Translations under genes and position numbers: made by a program | The notes under the pieces: generated by a model | Seen by the model: only the letters and a program-made list of their open reading frames with translations | What the model was told of the DNA's origin: nothing | Databases searched by the model: none | Shown here: positions 50,901-61,181 of the stretch, in pieces | How positions within the stretch are numbered: position 1 is the stretch's first letter | Layout of the letters: every line of letters starts with the position of its first letter | Origin: Euprymna scolopes | Lineage: Eukaryota | Strand: one strand, 5' to 3' | Assembly: GCA_053919585.1 (NCBI GenBank) | Contig: CM132807.1 | Length of the DNA: 64,000 nt

Positions 50901-53720
50901 CGTGTGTCCCCACCGACAGTCGCCAGCGAGAAAATGACGATCCGGCCATAAACGAAAAATCCACAGTACCCGATGTTGGGAGTCGGCGATGTGACGAGGG
51001 AGCCACATGTCGGGTTACAAATAGTGTCGTTATATGCCTGTTATTTTGGAGGTGGTTAAAATTCCTTCTGATTATTTTTGTAGGGGTGGGGCGAAATATT
51101 GTGGAGGTGGTTAAAATTCCCCCCGTTTATTTTCGGGAGGGTGGGGCGAAATGGCGGTATGCCTGTTATTTTGGAGGGGGTTAAAATTCCTCCTGTTTAT
51201 TTTTGGGAGGTTGGGGCGAAATGGCGGTATGCCTGTTATTTTGAAGGTGGTTAAAATTCCTCTTGTTTTTTTTTTCTACCTTGATGGAGGGGCGAGGTTG
51301 ATTTTCCCTCTCTGGTATGAAAAGCTGTACCAGTTGTCTGGAGCCAGTTCAAAAAAGGAATAGCTTTGAAGAATTGTTTTTTTAAGGGTATTCAAATACC
51401 CCTAAATACCGGGAGAGTTGGGTGCACACCTCTGGTCCTGTGTTGTAAACTAATTTCTGTTTTGTTTTTTGTTTCTATTTTTTTAAGTGAAAGGCATATC
51501 TCTGGTGTTTCATTATTCATGCAATATGTATGAATTTTATGTAATTTATGTTGATATGATTTTGTGTTTTTGTAATTTATGTAATAAATGACAAGTTGGG
51601 TATGGGAGATGTGTGATACTATAAAATGGCCTTGGGGTGGATTTGAGCCACTAAGTGCTGAGAGGGGGATAGACAAAGGAAGGGTAAATAGCTTAGAATA
51701 AACAAAGAAATCGGAAATATTCTACAATCAACAATAGATAGGAAATAGCTTAGAATAAACAAAGAAATCGGAAATATTCTACAATCAACAATAGATAGGA
51801 AATAGCTTAGAATAAACAAAGAAATCGGAAATATCCTACAATCAACAAGAGATAGGAAATAGCAAACAATAACAATAGAAACCTACTGATAAAACAGGGA
51901 AGAGCAACTTCCGGTAGCCAGGGGGGTGGGCGACCTGAGAGACGAAGACAGAGAAGACAGTCAGTAGAGATCTAGATACGCTCGAGGGCGGATGGAAGTT
52001 GGGCAATCAGTTGAGATCTAGATGCGCTAGACGACGGTTGGGAGTTGATAACGACTACAGTTGAACAGTTATAGAGTTGACTGTGAAATAAAGTCGTGGA
52101 CAATTTTAGAGTTGACTGAAACAGAGATAGACGAATGTAACATCAATAGATCGGGGAGAAGACACACACACACTCACACACACACACACTCACACACACG
52201 CTCACAAGTCCAACAGTCAACTTATATGTGAACATTGGCGTTTGTGTTTTTCCTTTCATTGTTTTTATTTGTACTTTTGTGAAACCACGCGTGTGTCCCC
52301 ACCGACAGTCACAAGCGAGAAAATGACGATCCGGCTATGAACGAAAAATCCACGGTACACGACGTTTGGAATCGGCGATGTGACGAGGGAGCCACACATG
52401 AGGTTACAAGCTGTAACAGGCGATAAAGTGGAATTCGAAGGAGAGCTCACACTCCCGGGGACCTTAAATGGTGTTACTAAAAAAAGTGAAAGTGTATGTA
52501 CATAGGACATCCGAAAACCTGTACGGTACTGATTGGATGGAGAGATTCGAATTGTGGGGCCAACCTCTGCATAAATTCTGTCATAAGGTAGAAGACTTTT
52601 GTTTACGTAAGCGCAACAACTGAAGGACGAGTTAAAAGTGGAATTTCCAGAAATATTCTCACCAGGACTAGGAAAATGTACAAAGACTATATCAAGATTC
52701 GAACTAAAAGAAAACACTCTGCACGTTTTCAAGAAGGAACGAAACGTCCCATTCGTAGCAAAAGAGAAATCGAAAAAGGAAGCTGCAACAGAACCTGCCA
52801 AAGGAGGCAAAAAAAAAACTGAAATTGCAAAGCCGGAAGCTAAAAAACCCGCGCCAAAAGAATTCCCCAAGTCAAAGCAACTCAAGAAGGCTCAAGATAC
52901 CCCAACAGATGACGCACTTCAACAATTTCTACACGTGTATAGGATTACACCCAACTCGAACACACCAACAGCAGTCTCACCTGCAGAAACGATGTTTGCG
53001 CGCAAAGTGAGATCCGTTTTTGACAAGCTCTTACCCAAACAGTCAAGGCCACTAGTGACCACTTATGTACCCAATAAACGTTTCATATCAGATTAAAGTG
53101 TTTTTCAAAAGTTATAAAAACAACACATTATTATGGGAGGTGGGTACAATTACTAAGAGAGTCGGTGACATGGTATATATCATCCAAGAATCAACATATA
53201 CCCACAAACGTCACCAGAATCAACTAAGAAGATGTCGATCAGTTGAAACCAGCGACAGTCCACCATTGGAAGATGAGCCGATAGACACTGTCTTCGAAAC
53301 TTTTGATCTTGAACCAACACCTGAACTACGGCGGTCGTTCCGGAAGAGAAAGGTTACCGAGCTATTGATGGTAAACCCTAAAAGGAAAAAGGTACTGACA
53401 GCTTTCACGAACAAAAAGCTTGGGAGGGAGTGTTGCAGACGCCCCTCCATGGGATTAATGGACTATCTCATGACGTCACTTCCTCTGGTGACGTCACTTC
53501 CGGTATCGAGTACCGGTGCCGGCACAGACATTGGCACGCGACCAAGCAGGTCGGGTGCAGTCACACGCTCAACCGTTTAGGAATGGTATTACTCAACTCA
53601 CTTTGCCTGTAATTTATATGAATACATCTGTAATTTATGTGAATACATCTGTAATTTATGTGAATACATCTTTCGTTCCTAAAAATCCTGTGTTCCTTTC
53701 GTTTATTACCATTTAACCCC

Positions 53721-53726
<6 letters not shown>
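47973..53726 (+). mobile_element. Ty3/Gypsy LTR retrotransposon, internally deleted and decayed
   Basis: LTRs 47973-48262 and 53431-53726 (TG...CA); PBS tggcgacg after the 5' LTR; PPT gggagggag; gag 49192-~50170 with CYRCGGKH...CNECGRKGH knuckle; protease LQLDSGSD; integrase C-terminal remnant SPAETMF. Confidence 0.92.
50389..52408 (+). mobile_element. Nested non-autonomous LTR element (TRIM/LARD-like)
   Basis: LTRs 50389-51019 and 51612-52408 (TGTGAT...GTTACA); 4-bp TSD AGCT; purine-rich tract before the 3' LTR; ~590-bp non-coding interior. Confidence 0.88.
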
Positions 53727-53799
<73 letters not shown>

Positions 53800-53800
<1 letters not shown>

Positions 53801-54610
53801 GATACATTTATTAAAATGTATAATTAATTAATTTACTGATTTTTAGCCGAGAGGAGATATATTTTCACTATATTTTATTTACTGTGTATTCTTGGCGCCA
53901 AAAAGATGCATTCCCGTCTGCTCGTTCACATTTTGTAAACAAAACAGAAAAAAGGGTAGAGGTGGCCTGTGAGCAGGAGGACAAGGAAGAGACAGAGATA
54001 CTGTGAACGAAGGATGGAAGAGGAAAGAGAAAAGAAATCTCATAGACGAGAAAGAGAGGAGAGAGAAAGGATAGAGAGAAATAAACCGTATAGAGAGTTA
54101 AACTGTATAGAGAAAGAGAAAGATGTAGACGGTATACCGTATATAGAGAGAGAGGACTGAAAAAAGTTGTCAGCAGTCAGTGGAGCTTCGCGCTTCAAAG
54201 CGACAAGACGTAAGTCAGCGAATGCCGGGGAGGCGAAGCCAGCGAAAGGCAACGACAGGGTGGTGGCGGAGTCGCGGAGGTAAATATCAACGATACAAGC
54301 CGATGTTGGCGGCGACGGTAAAAATCTGTTTTGATCAGCGGTCAGAGTTAGAATATCGACTGAAGAAAAGAATGAACCCAGCGAAGGAAGGATCCAAGGA
54401 GCAGCGATATATTTACTATAAATCAGGGCTTCGATGAGCTTCAGAAACAAATACTTGGAGCAATTAACACGCACGTGCGTAATGAAACGTAAACAATCCA
54501 AAGGACAAAAATATGAAAATTAACCTGCGCGCGTAATCAAATATAAGCAATTTACAGGAAAGAAATATATAAAAAAAGAGACAAAAGAAAGGTCACATTT
54601 CAAAGGACAA

Positions 54611-54672
<62 letters not shown>

Positions 54673-55054
54673 CCTAGAACCTGTATCTAATTGAGCAGAC
54701 GATTTCTTGTTTTTTGTGAACATTGACTGTTGATATATTTTTCTCTCGGTAGAATTTGAATCATTAAATCATTTCATTTAGTTAGGCATATTTAATTTTC
54801 TTTTCTTGAATTGAATTTTATTTATTTTTTATATGAATAAAAGTTTGTAAATTTTTTCGTCGATATTTGTCCTCCTTATTTCTTATGTGATTTCGTTGTC
54901 CAGTACATTTCATTTTGTTGTTGTCTTGGAGACGGTTGTCCCATTCCAATAACAACGCATTATCAAGGAAACTGGGAAACTTTATTTTTTTATATATATT
55001 TCGTTACATCAACCATCTCTACCGTCCCCAGTAGGGCTGGGATACGTCGTAACA
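53800..55054 (+). mobile_element. Probable solo LTR
   Basis: TGATAC...GTAACA termini; AATAAA at ~54836 followed by a T-rich U5-like segment; no clean TSD. Confidence 0.4.
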
Positions 55055-56279
55055 GTATATATATAAAGCTGAACGTCTGTGTGTGTGTCTGGTCACGAAT
55101 AGGCCCCTATATAGTTGACTCTTATAGAAAACTGATTACATATAATGATAGAAGATGTATCGAGACACAGGAATGGGTATGTTTGATTTGGCATAATGAT
55201 GATTCCTTAAAATTGTGGGGTATGCGTACGCGCCTGGTCCACAAAGTATGGAAATAAAAAAAATTTAAAAATTAAATAAAACGTTTACAAGTGTTTTTGA
55301 TATAGATGTACATAAGAATACTTTGATAAGTATGTTTTAACTTAAATAGGGATGGTATAAAAAAAATTGTGGGGTCTGCGTTCGCACCTGGCCTCCATGG
55401 AATGGAAATATGCACAAACTTTAATAAAGACTTTTCATATCTATCTGCGTAAGTATACTTTGATAATTATGTTTCAGTTTGAAGAAATATGGTATAATAA
55501 AATTATGGGGTGTTCGTTCGCGTCTGACCTTCATAGAATGGAAATATGTCACAAAGTTTAACAAGGTTCTTTAATATAGATCCACAAAATATTGTGATAA
55601 GTGTTTCAGTGTGAACAGGTATAGTATAACAAATTATGGGGTTTATCTATTTTATTTTTACTTTCATCATATTTTGCTTTGGTTTTGATACCCCCCACAT
55701 TCGAAACTATCTCTTTACAACCCTTCCTTTTCATAACCTATCATACTTTCATAAATCAGAGTCCATTTTCTATAGGCTGTTCTTGAACTCAGTCAACGAT
55801 GGGTACTTTTGCTAGAATATATATATTCCGTACATTCATTCATATATATACATATGTGTGTATATATATGTGCATGTATTTATATGTGTACAGATATACA
55901 TATATATGTATATGTATATATGAAATATATGANNNNNNNNNNNNNNNNNNNNNNNNNNNNNNNNNNNNNNNNNNNNNNNNNNNNNNNNNNNNNNNNNNNN
56001 NNNNNNNNNNNNNNNNNNNNNNNNNNNNNNNNNNNNNNNNNNNNNNNNNNNNNNNNNNNNNNNNNNNNNNNNNNNNNNNNNNNNNNNNNNNNNNNNNNNN
56101 NNNNNNNNNNNNNATAGTACATATATATNNNNNNNNNNNNNNNNNNNNNNNNNNNNNNNNNNNNNNNNNNNNNNNNNNNNNNNNNNNNNNNNNNNNNNNN
56201 NNNNNNNNNNNNNNNNNNNNNNNNNNNNNNNNNNNNNNNNNNNNNNNNNNNNNNNNNNTTCGTGAAAATAGTGAATAAT

Positions 56280-57270
56280 TCCACCCCATCTTTCCAAGCT
56301 TATAACTCCTCGAAAAATGTAATTCAACCCCTAATGTTTTTTTCAATTAAAGGAGCAAGGACCAAGGTTTTATTAAAAAAAAAAAAACAAAAAAACATGT
56401 GTTTTTTTTTTTAAAAAAGGTTTTAAACTTCGGACTTTACAGGTAAATTTCTAAAAAAGCGATTTTTTTTTTGTTTTAAATTTGAATATATTATTTATTG
56501 GCCTTTTCTCTTCAATTTGTGATATATAAAACTCCCCGACATAAATTAATTATTTACTTTTTAATAGACATTTCAAAATGAGAGGCGTGAATTATTCGAC
56601 CCCCTGTCTTTCCAAGCTTATAACTCCTCGAAAAATGTAATTCAAGCCCTAATTTTTTTTTCAATTAAAGGAGCAAGGACCAAGGTTTCATTAAAAAAAA
56701 GACAAAAAAAAACAATGTGTTCTTATAAAATAAGGTTTTAAACTTCGGACTTTACAGGAAAATTTCTAAAAAAGCGATTTTTTTTTTTTGTTTGTTTTAA
56801 ATTTGAATATATTATTTATTGACCTTTTCTCTTCAATTTGTGATATATAAAACTCCCCGACATAAATTAATTATTTACTTTTTAAGAGAAAGTTGAAAAT
56901 GGGTGTCACTTGGGGGGGGGCGTGAATTTAAAAAAAAACGTTTGTCTAAAATATTATATTCGGTTTATTGGAAAGAACATAAAATTTCACATTGACCCTG
57001 AAAATATCGTAAAAATAGAATCAATAGAAAAATTTGGATAGATTTTTAAAATTTAAAAATTGAAAAATATTGAGTTCGGAAAATTCATCACTGTTTTAAA
57101 AAAAAAAAAAATATTTCTATTACTTTTAAAACAACTGTAATAGTTTATTTTGGAAGTATAATCCATAAATAAAATAAATAACCCACTTTTAACAGAGAAA
57201 TTACGAGATTTTTATATTGTATTCGCAGTTTCGTGTTGGGGTGTCAAAAATTCCTACAAAAATTCTGATA
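56280..57270 (+). repeat. Dispersed repeat with internal ~320-bp tandem duplication
   Basis: tctttccaagcttataactcctcgaaaaatg at ~56289 and ~56607; homologous to 40750-42108. Confidence 0.75.
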
Positions 57271-57321
57271 CTGCTATATATACACACTATTTATTACGAC
57301 ACTATATATACATATTTCAAG

Positions 57322-57398
57322 GTCGTACCAGTGGTTTCATTACGCTGAATCAACCATAAGAGGTTGGAAAGAGTCAGCGCAAATTCATCAGCGGCATT
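57322..57398 (-). ncRNA. Type I hammerhead ribozyme with extended stem II
   Basis: Minus strand gccg-CTGATGA-atttgcgctga...tcagcgtaat-GAAA-ccactgg-TA-cgac; partial inverted copy at ~57640-57710. Confidence 0.7.
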
Positions 57399-57517
57399 AG
57401 AAAACTGAAACAATGCAAAGTAAACAAACAGACAATGAAACGTTAAACGACCGTTTCAGAGTTTCAAATTTTACAACATAGCTTAGTAATTAACGCCAAT
57501 AGATTATGGAAGGAAGA

Positions 57518-57598
<81 letters not shown>

Positions 57599-57798
57599 CG
57601 TGCGTGCCCACGCGGGTGTATATAGATATGTTTAGCGGGGGGAATTTCCGCTGGCTTTTCCAACTTCTTATGGTTTATTCAGCGGAATGAAACCACTGGT
57701 ACGACATTAACATATGTGTCATAATAAATATTGTATCTTCAGCTCTCACATCCACGGTCGAGCACTTTATTGGATTTTTTTCATCGCCTCTTGACACA

Positions 57799-57861
<63 letters not shown>

Positions 57862-58139
57862 TGGTTCAGAAATTCCAACGAGAGAAACGCGTATATTTAA
57901 ATGAGGGGGGGGGGTCACCACCAATGTGTATTTTTTAACATTATTTTATTATTCCGTGTTTTGGTTTTACATTGAAAATTATGTTTAGATCATTGCAATA
58001 ATGTTTGAAAATCATTGAAATAGTTTTTAGCGCGTTTTAGACGTTCTGTAAAGCGTCCTCTTCAGAAAGTATTTAAAATGTAAAATATTCAGGGTTATTT
58101 GCAATTCATTCAGTTTAGTCGAACGGAGGTGTTTGCCTA

Positions 58140-59920
58140 TTACTATGGTGCAGACTCTACGTGTAGGGAGTAGAATATTGATTTTAGACAGTTTTTAGGA
58201 TGATGGCTTTTGAAGTGGAGGTATTGTTGAGTGTCTGTGAATTTGTGGTAGATGTCTGTAATTATGTTGTTGTTTTTGATTGTTACTAGGATGTCTAGGA
58301 AAGGTAATTCTGTGGGGCGTTGCTCTAGGGAGTTTATTTTTGGGTGTAGATTTTGTAGCAAAGTGTTAAATTCTCCTTTATTCTTCTCAGTCAGAACGAC
58401 AAACTAAACAACATACTTAAAACAACAAAAATAATAAAAAGCAAACGCCAACCCAAAAACTTAAAACATATCCTAACTTCCTCAAAACTCGTTCCACACA
58501 CTACAAAATCGGGTTACAAAATGCAACAAACCGCGATGTGGAGTATGTGACATAATAACAGAAGAAAACACATACACATTCAAAAACCCAACACAAGCAT
58601 TCAAAATAAAAAAGGATCTAAATTGCACCTCCAGAAATGTAGTATATGCACTAAGATGCACAGCATGCGACAAATCCTACATAGGCGCCACCAAAAACTT
58701 CAGCAATAGAGTGGCCTTACATAAGAGAAACATCAAAACAGCAGATAACAGACACCTCTATGTTTCAAAACACATACACACATACAGTGGAAATAACTTC
58801 AAAATAATATCAATCTTCCAAACAGAAAATTACTTTTATTTACTTACACAGGAAAAAAATATCATAACAAGATTCACTCTCGAACTAAACAGAGCCTAAT
58901 ATCAACATACAAAACATGAAATGCAAGGCACACTCGCATACACGTACATATACATATACACACCCACACATAAAGCAGAACCGACACATTAAAACACACA
59001 CACACACAACCACACACAGGCACAGCACCCCTGTCTCTAATACAACACATTGAACAATACCAACCCTACTTTACCCCGAAACCAACAACACTAGGATAAA
59101 CCTATAAACATAGTGTAGTATCTGTTCCAACACCTCGCCCACCCCCTCACATCAGTGGAAGAGAAATCCTTCATGGTTGAGATAACTATCATCCTTCCTA
59201 CCATACCTGTACCTCTCCGAGTGCCCCATTCTCTCTGGGGAACGAGACCTTCCCCACACTAAGAACCGATCCTGGATCTGGCCATACCCACATGGGGGAG
59301 ACAAATAAATAGAAACATTAAAAAAATCCCCTACGTATATTTATTAATACATCTCTTTATCTAAAAAAACATAATATTAAGAAAGCCCGAACAGTCTAAG
59401 ACTGAAACAAAAAATCACAATACTAAAATCAAAGAATCCAAAAAATCTCGAAGATCAGGGGGGGAGGGGCGTGTGGGGTATATGGTTAGAAAAAAACGTA
59501 CCGGGTGTATCTGCATCGTTTTTTAGGAATGAAGAAGGAAAGGATGGCTAGGGTATCTTGGGGAGGCAGGGCATGATGGGAGAAGCTTCTTCTTTTTTCC
59601 TGTCGCTTCCTTTTTTTTTCTAGATAGGAGGATATAAAAGCTGGGAAAAATTCCCTGGAGGTTGAAAAAAGAAAAGAGTCGTGAAAATCTTCTCTTGAAA
59701 AGGATTTCGTGTTGCTGACGTTCAGATTGTGTGGCGAGAGGCCAGGTGTGGTCGATTGGAAAAGAAGAGGGTAGAAACGTGCTGTTGTCGAGCGAGTGAC
59801 TCACTTCTTCCCGACCCCCAGAACTGAATCCTGATTGTAACGTTAGACTCAGGTAATAAAGTCTAGGACGGAGTCGGGTTTGTGTTACTATACACATAGA
59901 TTCGAAAAAGTTATCCAAAA
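58140..59920 (+). mobile_element. Penelope-like element remnant with inverted RT fragment
   Basis: Minus-strand RT end LPFLDILV...TDIYHKFTDTQQYLHFKSHHP (58143-58361); plus-strand CNKPRCGVC linker and GIY-YIG NVVYALRCTACDKSYIGAT to the stop at 58899; strand skew flips near 59470. Confidence 0.85.
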
Positions 59921-60131
59921 AAGCAAAAAATATATATATATAACAAATAAATGTTATCAAAGGCAAGATAAGTTACTTTTCTACCTAACTGGATAATATT
60001 TTTGTGTTTTTATTGAATGTACCATATTTATTCAGCTCGAAAAACATACAATGTTTACCAATGTATTGGAAAATTTAAAATGTCGCCAGACTCTCTGTTG
60101 AACACTGTGAGTTTGGGGGAAATGAGTTAAA

Positions 60132-60187
<56 letters not shown>

Positions 60188-60269
60188 TCGGTTTTTTTTA
60201 TATTCAAAAGTAATGGACTAATGAATTCAACGAGGTTGTTAGATAGTGCTCAATAAAAAGAGCTGATAA

Positions 60270-60506
60270 TACTTGTTTATTGTTATATAAACATGCTCAC
60301 ATCCCGCTGCTACAAATAGCCACTTGTTTCAATCAAACAACAGATATCATCAGGCAGCGACTTGACAATTCAAAAGTTCAATGAATAATTTATTCATTGA
60401 ACTTTTGAATAGTCAAGTCGCTGCCTGATGATATCTGTTGTTTGATTGAAACAAGTGGCTATTTGTAGCAGCGAGATGTGAGCATGTTTATATAACAATA
60501 AACAAG

Positions 60507-60508
<2 letters not shown>
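60270..60508. ncRNA. Near-perfect palindrome encoding a type I hammerhead on each strand
   Basis: 119-bp arms about T60389 with 2 mismatches; cgctgc-CTGATGA-t(atc..gat)t-GAAA-caag tggcta tttg-TA-gcagcg at 60419-60473. Confidence 0.85.
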
Positions 60509-60580
<72 letters not shown>

Positions 60581-61181
60581 CCAAATATGTCAGCCTATGT
60601 CACGGTAACATATTGAGCGACTTTCTAACAGTATTTTGTTTTCGTATATTTTTTTTATTCATAGCTCAGTTTCCCAAACCTACCGTGTTCAACAGAGTGG
60701 TAAAAGAAGCAAAAATAACCTGCATGACTGTTGGCGCCATCTTAAACATTTCCTTCATGCCCCTTTCCTCTGGCATATTCCTACATTTAATGCTCTTTCT
60801 GCCCTCGCGCTTCTTCCCCATTTTTCGACCATGACCACGGCTACTGAGAGAGAAGGAGGCCAGTGAACACGACAGCATTACCTCATTACCAAATCGACAT
60901 GTAGGTAAAGGGTACCTAAAGTTTTCTGTGTTCAACCATGTGGTCACACTAATAGGCATAAAAAATATGGCTGTGGTAATTTTATGAAGGTAGTCCAAAG
61001 GTCCATATATTTTATTCTAAAGAGAAAGAACAATTCTCCATTTGGATAATTATTATAATTGCACATTGGGATAATTTTAATCTAACAAAATATAGTAAGT
61101 GAACTTGTTTTTGCACTTTTATTTCTATCAGAGAAAGTCGAATATTTCATTTTATTTTTATTTTATTTTTTACTGCGAAAC

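Noticed and set aside
53969-54501. Overlapping 60-150 aa ORFs
   Set aside because: They lie in GA-rich LTR-like sequence and show no domain similarity
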